DNA of 64,000 nucleotides from NCBI GenBank assembly GCA_965222895.1, contig CBDCVB010000002.1, positions 1,159,678 to 1,223,677 on the forward strand, written 5' to 3'. The notes beneath the pieces are model-generated. The model did no database searches and was not told where the DNA came from. It saw nothing but the letters and a program-made list of their open reading frames with translations. The position numbers and the translations under genes are program-made. The DNA comes from Dehalococcoidia bacterium. Lineage in GTDB: Bacteria > Chloroflexota > Dehalococcoidia > Lucifugimonadales > UBA3495. Positions 9,524-19,024 of this stretch are shown piece after piece; within the stretch, counting starts at the first letter, position 1; each line of letters starts with the position of its first letter.

Positions 9524-10975
9524 GTAACTGTTCAGACTTGGTGGGGGAATTGGTTCAAAGAGGTTCGGGGATGGCTGGCGCGAGGGGTTGTGGTTATGTC
9601 ATATAACGGGTATGGATTCGGAAATCGATCTGTCCACTGCTGACCGCGATGTGCTCATCGCCATCGTCATACGGCAGGAGGCCATCATAGCCCGGCAGCA
9701 GGCGATCATCGAGCGCCTGGAGCAACGGATTGCTCGGCCGGAAGGGCGGGCCAAACCCAGTGGCGCCCGGGGGATGCCCGGCCTCAAACCCGAAGCCAGC
9801 CGGAAACCGGCCCAGCCCAAAGCGCCACGCCAGCGGCGGCCCCACGGCTTTGCCCGCCGTCGCATGACGCCCACCCGTCGGGTGGAGCATGTGGTGGACC
9901 ACTGCCCCGACTGCGGAACCCAGTTGTCCGGTGGCTGGACCCAGCGCACCCGGGAGGTCATCGAGTTGCCCCAGGTTCCGGCGGAAGTTACCGAGCACGT
10001 CTACATCGCCAGGGATTGTCCGGCTTGCCGCCGCCGCTGCGTGCCCCCGGCGCAACTGGACGGCGTGGTGATGGGCCAGCAGCGCCTGGGTATCAACCTG
10101 GTCAGTCTGATTGCCACGCTCCGAGAGGAGGCCCGACTGCCCATCGCCGGCATCCAGCGGTATCTGCACACCGTCCATGGGCTGAGCCTCAGCGTGGGAG
10201 CCATCATGGCGGCGGTGCATCGCACTGCGCAAAAGGCCCAGTCCGCCGTGGACCGGATTCTGGCCCAAGTCCGCGCCAGCCCAGTGGTCCATGCCGACGA
10301 GACCGGCTGGCGTGAGGATGGACACAACGGCTACGTGTGGACTTTCAGCACACCATCGGCGCGCTACTTCCTGCGGCGGGGTCGCAACAAGGAAGTGGTG
10401 GATGAAGCTCTGGGCGACACCTTCTCCGGCGTCCTGGTCAGCGATTTCTACGCCGCCTACCACCATTACGAGGGCCCCAAACAGCGCTGCTGGGTCCATC
10501 TGCTGCGGGACATCCACGACCTGCGAACCCTCTACCCCGATGACGCGCCACTGGCGCAGTGGGCCGACGCCGTCCACGAGATTTACGACCGGGCCAAAGC
10601 CAGCGCCCATCCCCAGACCAAGCGGCGACGCGCCGCCCAACTGGCCCTGGAACGGCAGCTGCTGGCCATTTGCCAACCCTTCCTTCACGACCCTTCGGCA
10701 ACCCAGGCCAAGCTATGCCGACGCATCGAGCGCCATATCAAAGAGCTCTTCGTCTTCGTGGCCGAACCGGAGGCGCCATCGGACAACAACGCCGCCGAAC
10801 GCAGCCTGCGCCATCTGGTCGTCAGTCGCAAGATCAGCGGCGGCACCCGGTCGGAACGGGGCAGCAGCAGCAAGATGACCCTGGCTTCCCTCTTCGGCAC
10901 CTGGCGCGCCCAAGGACTGAATCCCCTCGCCGCCTGCCGACAACTGCTCTCTTCCCCGCAACTCTGAACAGTTAC
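9524..10975 (+). mobile_element. IS66-family insertion sequence (single-ORF type), copy 1, no target-site duplication
   Basis: Ends gtaactgttcagac... / ...tctgaacagttac match copy 2. The 8 bp on the left (tagtacta) differ from the 8 bp on the right (accaaaac). Confidence 0.8.
9588..10967 (+). CDS. IS66-family transposase (TnpC-like, zinc-finger plus DDE)
   Basis: CPDCG...CPACRRRC zinc-ribbon region, DETGW motif and C-terminal AERSLRHLVVSRK..GG typical of IS66 transposases. No tnpA or tnpB ORFs. Confidence 0.85.
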   Translation: MWLCHITGMDSEIDLSTADRDVLIAIVIRQEAIIARQQAIIERLEQRIARPEGRAKPSGARGMPGLKPEASRKPAQPKAPRQRRPHGFARRRMTPTRRVEHVVDHCPDCGTQLSGGWTQRTREVIELPQVPAEVTEHVYIARDCPACRRRCVPPAQLDGVVMGQQRLGINLVSLIATLREEARLPIAGIQRYLHTVHGLSLSVGAIMAAVHRTAQKAQSAVDRILAQVRASPVVHADETGWREDGHNGYVWTFSTPSARYFLRRGRNKEVVDEALGDTFSGVLVSDFYAAYHHYEGPKQRCWVHLLRDIHDLRTLYPDDAPLAQWADAVHEIYDRAKASAHPQTKRRRAAQLALERQLLAICQPFLHDPSATQAKLCRRIERHIKELFVFVAEPEAPSDNNAAERSLRHLVVSRKISGGTRSERGSSSKMTLASLFGTWRAQGLNPLAACRQLLSSPQL

Positions 10976-10983
10976 ACCAAAAC

Positions 10984-11097
10984 GTAACTGTTCAGACTTG
11001 AGGGGATCTAAAGGTTATCCGGCCTCTTGCGGAGGGGCAGCCAAGCACGGATTGTCCTCTGCAAATCAATTCCGTCCCCTCAAACGTGAACAGTTAC
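10984..11097. mobile_element. 114-bp MITE with IS66-type termini and an 8-bp TSD
   Basis: Starts gtaactgttcagacttg and ends gtgaacagttac. Flanked by direct repeats accaaaac at 10976-10983 and 11098-11105. No coding capacity. Confidence 0.8.
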
Positions 11098-11210
11098 ACC
11101 AAAACGTAGGGCCGTGCTAAATCCAATCCAGAACCTTCAGGTGTCCGCCAAGGTTACGAAATTCGGAATCGCCATTTCAGTCGTCACATGACGCGAAGAC
11201 AATCGACCTA

Positions 11211-12456
11211 GTACTGGTTCAAATCAGTATTGTAAGTTATATTAGTGAAAGGCCTACAAATGCTACGCTGACTGCAAAATAGAGTAGTGTGGAGGTGTGG
11301 CAAACATGGCCCTGGAGCAATACGCAGTACGGTTGACGCCGGAGGAGCGGGAGCAACTGAGCCGACTGATACGTAGCGGCAAAAGTTCGGCTCGCATCGT
11401 CGCCCGGGCGCGCATTCTACTTAAAGTTGCTGAGGGATGGAACGCACCTCAGGTGGCGGCCGCTTTGGACGTGTCCAAGGGTACGGTGTACCGGGCCAAA
11501 AGGCGGTACGCCGAGGAGGGATTGGCGGGAGTCATCCAGGACCGGGTCCAGGCCAACCGGTATCGCAAGCTGGACGACAAGGGCGAGGCCCACCTGATTG
11601 CCTTGGCGTGCAGCCCAGCGCCCGCTGGCCACGACCACTGGACCTTACAGCTGCTGGCCGACCGAGTGGTGGAGTTGGGGTTGGTGGAGTCGTTATCGTA
11701 CGAGACGGTGCGGTTGAGGCTGAAAAAAACGTCCGCCAGCCGTGGCGGAAGCAGCAGTGGTGCATCCCGAAAGTAGGCGGCGAATTCGTGGCGGCGATGG
11801 AGGACATGCTGGACTGGTATGCTGAGCCCTACGACCCCGACCGGCCGGTGGTCTGCTTTGATGAGACCTCGACCCAGTTGCTGGCCGACACCAAACCGCC
11901 CATCCCAGTGCAACCGGGACAACCGCGGCGTCAGGATTACGAGTATCGTCGCGCCGGTACGCGCAACATCTTCCTGACCTGCGAACCCCTGGCGGGCTGG
12001 CGACACGTGGCGATTACCGAGCGCCGCACTATGGAGGACTGCGCCCACCGGATGCGCTGGCTGGTGGATGAGGCTTACCCCGATGCCCCGGTGGTGCGGG
12101 TGGTTCTGGACAATTTGAACACGCACCGCATGGCTTCCCTCTATGAGACCTTCCCCGCCGCCGAAGCCCGGCGCATCGTGAAGCGGCTGGAGTTTCACCA
12201 CACACCCAAGCACGCCAGTTGGCTCAATCCTGTCCTGAGCTTGCCGAAGGGATGGCGGAGATCGAGTTCAGCGTGTTGACCCGGGCCTGTCTCCAGGGGC
12301 GTAATCCCGACGAGACTGCCCTACAGCTAGCCATCAACGCCTATGAGGCCGAGCGCAATGCGGCGGGGGCCACCATCAACTGGCGGTTCAACACCCAGGA
12401 CGCCCGAGCCAAATTGCATCGCCTATATCCCTTCAATTCCAAGATTGATTGAGTAC
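11211..12456 (+). mobile_element. IS630-family insertion sequence, copy 1 (inactivated)
   Basis: Ends gtactggttcaaatca / tgattgattgagtac, flanked by TA (11209-11210, 12457-12458). Confidence 0.8.
11297..12452 (+). pseudogene. IS630-family transposase, -1 frameshift site at A7 (11723-11729), disrupted by a 23-nt insertion at 12229-12251
   Basis: HTH part 11297-11776 and DDE part 11437 onward (LDNLNTH...HASWLN). Copy 2 reads HGSWLNMAEIE, whereas this copy has 23 extra nt between WLN and MAEIE, which shifts the frame. Confidence 0.8.
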
Positions 12457-12458
12457 TA

Positions 12459-13666
12459 GTACCGTTTCAATTTAATTCTATTGGATATACATGTTTGAGC
12501 TTACTGCGAGCGTCTTGGGTGGAGAACCGCCAGTCTATGATGGCGGCGGCCTCGTTGCGCTCGCGTTCGAGCGCCGCGACCTCCCGTCTCAGCAACGCTG
12601 CATCGCCGATACGGCGGTCCAGACACGGTCTGCTGAATACGCTCAACTCGATCTCAGCCATGTTCAGCCAGCTGCCATGCGTGGGAGTGTAATGAAACTC
12701 CAGCCGTGGGGCGATGCGCCGGGCTTCGGATGGCTCAAACGCTTCGTAGAGCGAGCCCAACTTGTGGGTATTGAGATTGTCCAGGACCAGCCTGATCACC
12801 GCTGCGTCAGGGTATGCGCTGTCCACCAGCCACTTCATCTGATGCGCGAAGTCCACGGCAGTGCGGCGCCCGGTCACTTCGACATGTCTCCAGCCGCCCT
12901 TCGGCTCGCAGAACAGGAACAAGTTCCGGGTCCCGTTTCGCTGGTACTCAGTGTCATAGCGTTCCACCCGTCCGGGCTTGGCCTTGATGGGCGGCCTCAC
13001 CTCCCCGGTCAATTGCCTGGCGGTCTCGTCGAAACACACTACCGGACGCTCCGGGTTGTACTCTTCGTGGTACAAGTCCAGCAGGTCCTCCATCCGCGCC
13101 ACGAACTCCCCGCTCACCTTGGGGATACACCACTCTTTCTTCTTCCAGGGCTTGGGTTCATTTTTTTGAGTATCTGGCGCACCGTCTCCAGGGAGATGCT
13201 CTCAGCAAACTCCAACTCCACCACCTTGCCGGCCAGCAACTGGAGCGTCCAGTGCGTGTGTCCTGCGGGCGCTGCGCTGCACGCGAAGGCGATCAGGTGG
13301 GCTTCCTGCTTGCCGCCCAGCTTGCGCTCCCGGCCCGGCCGCGGTCTGTCGTTAATGGCGGCCTCAAGTCCTTCCTCCACGTACCGCTTCCGCGCTCTGG
13401 CAACAGTAGCGGCGTTGACCAATAGCACATCGGCTATCTCACGGTCTCGAAGTCCTTCGTCCGCTTTGAGCAGCGCGAGCGCCCGCTTGACGGTGCGGAC
13501 CGGCGCCTTGCCCCGGTGGGAAACCTCATTGAGGCAGGTCCGTTCGGACCCGGTCAGTTTGATTTTATACTTGATGGCAGCCATGGCTGGGCACTTCCTC
13601 ACCGAAAGATCATACCCAAGTATGACTGCCTTATCATATTCTTACAAATCTATCTGGAACCGGTAC
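12459..13666 (-). mobile_element. IS630-family insertion sequence, copy 2 (diverged from copy 1)
   Basis: Ends gtaccgtttcaattt / ggaaccggtac, flanked by TA. Separated from copy 1 only by the shared TA dinucleotide. Confidence 0.8.
12467..13602 (-). CDS. IS630-family transposase, HTH (13114-13602) plus DDE (12467-13117) joined by a probable -1 frameshift at A7 (T7 on + strand, 13161-13167)
   Basis: Two overlapping ORFs with the same architecture as copy 1. DDE motifs FDET, LDNLNTH and GSWLNMAEIE are intact. Confidence 0.8.
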
Positions 13667-13966
13667 TAGGCTGGTATCCAAGTTTTTCGCGGCACGGCGG
13701 ATGGGCAAAGGCAGCATTATAGTTCGGGGCTCTAGCACAGACACGCACATCGTGTTGCCCAGTGATTTATCAGAAGAAGCCTGCCGCCAACTGGGGCAGA
13801 TGGGCGTGGACCGTCTCCGGGGGACGTTCTGGGTATGGGACCCGGCAAAGAATAAATGGGTCGGAAATTAATCCCAGCGGTTGAGAAGCGGCAATTGCAC
13901 CCCCACGCCCAGGTGCACAAATCCAGTTCGCCGCAAGGCTCGCATACCGTTAAGGAGACGGGAAAG

Positions 13967-14473
13967 ATGGTAACTAGACATAGAGCATTCTACAGCCTCC
14001 ACTACGATCGTGACGCTTGGCGCGCCAGCATGGTCCGCCAAATGGGCGTCATCGCCGGCAATCCACCGGTGATCTACAACGATTGGGAACAGGTCAAACG
14101 TGGGGGCGACCGTGCAATAAGGCAGTGGATCAACAGCCAAATGGGAAACCGTTCATGTGTGGTTGTTCTGATCGGAACTCACACCTCCGGTCGTAAATGG
14201 ATCAACTACGAAATCAAGCGTGCCTGGAAGGAAGGCAAGGGTTTGCTCGGGGTTTACATCCACAATCTACGAGACGCGAGGCAGCAGAAATCCGCCAAGG
14301 GAGCGAATCCCTATTACAACGTCATCGTGGATGGTCATCGGCTTTCCAGGGCCGTCCCTGCCTACGAACCCGTTGATAATTGGAGGACCAGTGCATACCG
14401 TTGCATTGAAGGAAATCTCGCCTCATGGGTCGCTCAAGCCGTCGCCGACCGGGCCGGCAGGTTCAAGGTTTGA
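13967..14473 (+). CDS. TIR-like domain protein (DUF1863 / ThsB-like), copy 1
   Basis: AFYSLHYDRDAWRASMVRQMG and VVVLIGTHTSGRKWINYEIKRAW match the DUF1863 TIR-like pattern. AGGAG lies 8 nt upstream of the ATG at 13967. The listed ORF start at 13856 is probably too early. Confidence 0.7.
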   Translation: MVTRHRAFYSLHYDRDAWRASMVRQMGVIAGNPPVIYNDWEQVKRGGDRAIRQWINSQMGNRSCVVVLIGTHTSGRKWINYEIKRAWKEGKGLLGVYIHNLRDARQQKSAKGANPYYNVIVDGHRLSRAVPAYEPVDNWRTSAYRCIEGNLASWVAQAVADRAGRFKV

Positions 14474-14478
14474 GTTCC

Positions 14479-14948
14479 ATGCCTGATAGCAAGCTGCTTG
14501 ATCCCGAAGAATCGAGGATACCCACGCACCTGACCATCGTGCAGGGTGTCATCAATCGGATGGCTGATAACAGCCGTTGGTGCAAAGTTTGGTGCGTGAC
14601 TCTGGTTTCGGCAGCGTTAGTCCTCGCCGCTAGGACCGACAATCCGCACCACCCCCTAGTCGCTCTGGCGCCGGTAGTCCTGTTTTTGATACTTGATGCC
14701 TACTACCTGGGTTTGGAACGATCCTATCGATGGTCCTACAACGGGTTTGTGAAACACCTGCATCAAGGAAAACTGCAGGCGGAACAACTTTATCGCGTTA
14801 CCAAGTGCGGTTCAGATGCGTGTTATTTTTTATCAGTTTCGGATCGCCCTCAATCCGGCTTTTCTATGTTTCCATTGTTGCCACAGCGCTTGCCGCCTGG
14901 CTGTCGCTGTGGCTGATGGCCACGCCCACGTGCCCAGGAGCCCGGTGA
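14479..14948 (+). CDS. Small multi-pass membrane protein, reading frame apparently broken at T6 run 14826-14831
   Basis: Two hydrophobic helices (WCVTLVSAALVLAA, LVALAPVVLFLILDAYYL) in frame 14425. A third (LFYVSIVATALAAWLSLWLMA) is in the frame of ORF 14730-14948. That frame ends in a TGATG overlap with the next gene start. Confidence 0.5.
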
Positions 14949-15518
14949 TGACCGCAAAAAATCCCGCAACACAAGGTCTTCATCAGCTTCCATGAACAGG
15001 GTACGAAGTACCGGGACCGATTCGTCAAGATGATGAGCGATTCGATTGTGGACAAGTCGGTGCATGACGATGACATCGACGACCTCAATCTGCGAGTCGC
15101 CACGATTCTCCAGAAAATTCGCGACAACTTCATCGCTGATGCGACGGTGCCGGTGGTCCTGATCGGTCGAAGCACCTGGCAGCGCAAGCATGTGGATTGG
15201 GAAATCGGTTCCAGCATTCGTAAGACGAAGAAGAACTCTATATGTGGGCTGCTGGGCATTTTGCTCCCCAATCACCACAATTTTCAAAGCGACGTATATA
15301 AACCTCGACTAATTCCACCTCGTCTCGCGGACAATGCCGGAGAGTTGAACCCCTATGCTGAAATTGACCGGTGGTCAGGTAGCGTCCACGAGGTGAACCT
15401 TATCCGAAGATTCATACACCGGGCATTCCAGCGCAGGTATGGCACGCCGCCCGACAATAGCCGTCCTCAGTTTGGCCGCAACAGAAGCGGGAGTTGCAGC
15501 TCCGGATGGAAAGACTGA
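14948..15518 (+). CDS. TIR-like domain protein (DUF1863 / ThsB-like), copy 2, frame broken at A6 run 14956-14961
   Basis: KVFISFHEQGTKYRDRF is encoded at 14973 onward with no in-frame start. The ATG at 14948 joins this frame if the A-run is one base shorter. VVLIGRSTWQRKHVDWEI motif is present. Confidence 0.6.
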
Positions 15519-15593
15519 CGGGTTAGCCAGTTGTCGTCCGGATTGAACAATCAAGTTGCGCTCCGGTAGGCGGGAAGTTCGGTCGCTATTCAT

Positions 15594-17047
15594 CTCGACT
15601 TTGTACAAAATCTAGATAAATTATAAGAACAGGGTAAGCTCGACCAAATCACCACAAGAGGTCGAGTATGCCTACCCTGCCCGCAGTCATAGTAACCCTG
15701 CTGCTGCCCTTTGAGCACCTGTTTGACCCCAGGACCTGGCGCAAAGCCCAACTCCTGGCCATGGGAGCGATCCTGTCTCCCGGCAAACGCACCGTGTCCT
15801 CCGCCCTCAACATCCTGGGGATTGGGCAGCACGGCGACTTCGCCGTCTATCACCACGTGCTCAACCGCGCCCGATGGTCGCCACTGCAACTGAGCCGGGC
15901 GCTGTTGCTGCTGGTGGCCGGGCGCCTTGGTTCGTCCACCGAGCCGTTGGTGTTCGGCATTGACGAGACGGTGGAGCGACGCTGGGGCCGGAAGATTGCG
16001 GCCAAGGGGTGGTATCGGGATCCGGTGCGGTCCAAGGACGACCAGGTGGTGATGACCCCCGGATTGCAATGGGTGAGCCTGATGTTGCTGACGCGTATCG
16101 GGTGGGCGGGTCGATACTGGGCGCTGCCGTTTTTGACCGCGCTGGTGGTGTCGGCCCGCTACGACCGGCGCAAAGGCCGCCGGCACAAGACGGTAACCGA
16201 CTACGCCCAGCAGATGCTGGTCTGCCTGCGCCGTTGGCTGCCGGAGAGGGACCTGGTGGTGGTGGCCGATGGCGGCTACGCCAAGCGCGAGTTCCTGCGG
16301 CATTGCCAGAGTATGTCAAAGCCGATTGTCGTCGTCACCAAACTGCGCAAGGACGCGTCCCTGTACCAGCCCGCGCCAGCGCGGCGGCCCGGCCAGATCG
16401 GGCGGCCCCGGGTGGTCGGCGCGCGACTGCCCAGTCCCACGGCGGTGCTGGACGATCCCGCTACACAATGGATTCCCTACCGCGCCACCGGTTCCGACGG
16501 CAGTACCGCCATGGTCGAGCTCGCTTCGGGCGTAGCGCTGTGGTACCACGGCGGGCCGCCGCGCCTTCCCATACGTTGGGTCGTCATCAGATACCTGGCG
16601 GAGCGCCGCGGGCCCTATGCTTTACTATGCACCGACACCGAGGCGGAACCCCTGCGGATACTGCAGTGGTATCTGCTGCGGTGGCAGGTCGAGGTGACCT
16701 TTGAGGAGCTGCGGGCTCACCTGGGCATGGAAACCCAGCGCCAGTGGTCGGAACGAGCCATCGCCCGAACCACCCCCGCGCTCTTTGGCCTGTTCAGCGT
16801 GGTGACGCTGGCCGCGGATATCCTGATCGAACAGCGTGGCGCCATGGCGCCGCGCACCGCGGCGTGGTATGACAAAACCAGCCCTTCCTTCGCCGACGCC
16901 ATCGCCATGGTCAGACGACACCTCTGGGTGCAGCAGGGAACTTTTATGCCGTCCGAGCGCGAGCACGAATCGATAAAAGTCCCGCGCCTCTTGTACCACA
17001 GGATGCTCGACACGCTAGCCTATGCCGCTTGATTGTACAAAGCCGAG
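15594..17047 (+). mobile_element. IS4/IS701-superfamily insertion sequence with a 7-bp TSD
   Basis: Inverted repeats ctcgactttgtacaa / ttgtacaaagccgag. Direct repeat tattcat at 15587-15593 and 17048-17054. Confidence 0.8.
15668..17032 (+). CDS. DDE transposase (IS4/IS701-like, 454 aa)
   Basis: FGIDETV, VVADGGYA and C-terminal YLLRWQVEVTFEELRAHLG motifs typical of IS4/IS701-type DDE transposases. Confidence 0.75.
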   Translation: MPTLPAVIVTLLLPFEHLFDPRTWRKAQLLAMGAILSPGKRTVSSALNILGIGQHGDFAVYHHVLNRARWSPLQLSRALLLLVAGRLGSSTEPLVFGIDETVERRWGRKIAAKGWYRDPVRSKDDQVVMTPGLQWVSLMLLTRIGWAGRYWALPFLTALVVSARYDRRKGRRHKTVTDYAQQMLVCLRRWLPERDLVVVADGGYAKREFLRHCQSMSKPIVVVTKLRKDASLYQPAPARRPGQIGRPRVVGARLPSPTAVLDDPATQWIPYRATGSDGSTAMVELASGVALWYHGGPPRLPIRWVVIRYLAERRGPYALLCTDTEAEPLRILQWYLLRWQVEVTFEELRAHLGMETQRQWSERAIARTTPALFGLFSVVTLAADILIEQRGAMAPRTAAWYDKTSPSFADAIAMVRRHLWVQQGTFMPSEREHESIKVPRLLYHRMLDTLAYAA

Positions 17048-17379
17048 TATTCATTGGAGTGCCGTTAACCGGATACCGCACGGCGCAAGTGGGTACTTCC
17101 GCTGGATAGGCAGGGACATTGATAACTGGAAAAACCGTAACGGGCCAACTCCCCCACCGGCCAGCAGGAAGTTGCGCTCCTGCTGGCGACTCGGATGGTG
17201 TCGTTGGCTCTGGGAATATTGAGACAGAGTCCGCTGGCCCAAAGTACCCGGAACTTCACGTGGTCGCACCTTTCTACGCCATGGCCGTCGCGACCGTAAT
17301 TCCCACCTGTCGGATGATCACCCAGCCGGTACTCCGACTACCCCTGAGCAGTATAATTGCCACGGAATTCCCCAAGTGT

Positions 17380-17813
17380 AAGGTCTCATCAGATTTCACG
17401 AACGGGATATCGCGTACAAGGACAGGCTCGTGACAATGATGCAGGTCTACATGCTGGATGAGTCGGCAGATACCGGAGATATCGTTCGCTGTAACCTTCA
17501 CCTGGATGAGGTCAGGCGCCGGATCCGCGATGTTTACATCGCCGACGCCACCGTTACGGTGGTGCTGATCGGCTTCTGCACCTGGTAGCGGAAACACGTG
17601 GATTGGGAGATCAGTTCCAGTCTGAGCGACACGCGCAACAATCGCAGGCGCGGCCTCCTGGGAATTCGCCTGCCGATTCACACGGATTTCCGCGATCCCA
17701 ACTACACCCCGCAGATGATGCCGCCCCGGCTGCCGACCAATTGCGTTGGAAATGCCCCTTACGCCAGGATTTATCGCTGGTCGGGGAGCCCGAACTGGAT
17801 GCGCTGTGATTAA
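17380..17813 (+). pseudogene. TIR-like (DUF1863 / ThsB-like) copy 3, decayed
   Basis: Paralogous to copy 2 (HERDIAYKDRLVTMM...VVLIGFCTW*RKHVDWEISSSL...RIYRWSGS). There is a 1-nt deletion in the KV(F)ISFH region and an in-frame TAG at the conserved Gln (TWQRK becomes TW*RK). Confidence 0.75.
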
Positions 17814-17888
17814 CGACAATTAGTCCTGCCGGTAGCGACGACTATTTTTGCCGGTCGTGATGGGTAATCATTCGGTACGGAGGTACCG

Positions 17889-19020
17889 TTGATTACAGAC
17901 CGACAAGTCAGGCTATTGAGGCAGAAACGTATGGAAGGAAAAACACAGGAAACGGCGGCCGCCAAGGCTGGGATGAGCGTGCGTTCAGCGCGGAAATGGC
18001 AGAGTGGCCCGTTGCCGTCGGCGACGAAACCGGAGCATCGATGGCGCACCCGGCCCGACCCATTCGACGGGGTGTGGGAGGATGAGATTGAGCCGCTGCT
18101 ACGGAATGATCCGACGGGCAAGCTGAAGGCGACGACAATTATCGACTGGCTGGCCGGTCAGCACCCCGGGCGGTTCAGCGCGTCCCAGTTGCGCACCCTG
18201 CAACGAAGATTACAGGATTGGCGGGCGCTGCATGGTCCGGATCAGGAGGTGTACTTCCCCCAGGTGCATCCGCCGGGACGGGAGGCCCAGTTCGACTTCA
18301 CCCACTGCGGGGAACTCAAGGTGACCATCGCTGGACAGTCCTACCGGCATCTGCTGTTCCAGTTGATCCTCAGCCACTCGGGGTGGCGCTACGCCGAGGT
18401 CGCCGCCAGCGAGACCTTCCTGGCGTTGCAGCAGGGATTGCAGGCCGCCCTCTGGACCCTGGGCGGCGTTCCAGAGGTGGTGCGCAGCGACAATACCTCG
18501 GCTGCCACCCACGAATTGCGCAGCAGCCGCGGCCGGGCGCTGAACGACAATTACGCCGCCCTGCTGGACCACTACGGTCTCCACTCCACCCGCATCAATC
18601 GCGGCCAGAGCCATGAAAACGGCGTCGCCGAGCACGCCCACTACCGCTTGAAGGACGCCATGGACCAGGCCCTCATCCTGCAGGGCAGCCGCGATTTCGA
18701 CACCACCGACGACTACGCCGACTTTGTCCAGGAGATGGTGGGGGAGACGCAATCGCCTGGTAGAAGGGAAGCTGGAGCAGGAGATGCCTTGCCTACGCTC
18801 CCTGCCGCCAGCTCCGGTGCCGGAATACGTCAACTACCAAGCCAGGGTGCGCAGGTGGACCACCATCCCGTAGTAAAAAAGCGGGCAGCCGGTCGGACCT
18901 ACACCGTGGCCCTCCCGTCTCATCGGCAGGGAGGTTCAGATCCGGCTGTACGCCGACTGGGTGGAAGTGTACTTCAAGGGCCACCTGGTGGAATGCAAAG
19001 ATCCCGAATGGAAGACCGCA
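17889..19020 (+). pseudogene. IS21-family IstA transposase, frameshifted and 3'-truncated, no istB
   Basis: N-terminal HTH and DDE region (FDFTH..., VRSDNTSA, HENGVAEH). After about 18740 the similarity continues only across shifted frames and stops (...RWTTIP**). It ends at the convergent K+ channel gene. Confidence 0.75.
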
Positions 19021-19024
19021 ACTG

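Noticed and set aside
17274-17819. 181-aa minus-strand ORF
   Set aside because: It is antisense to the decayed TIR-like paralogue, whose homology to 14948-15518 explains the region.
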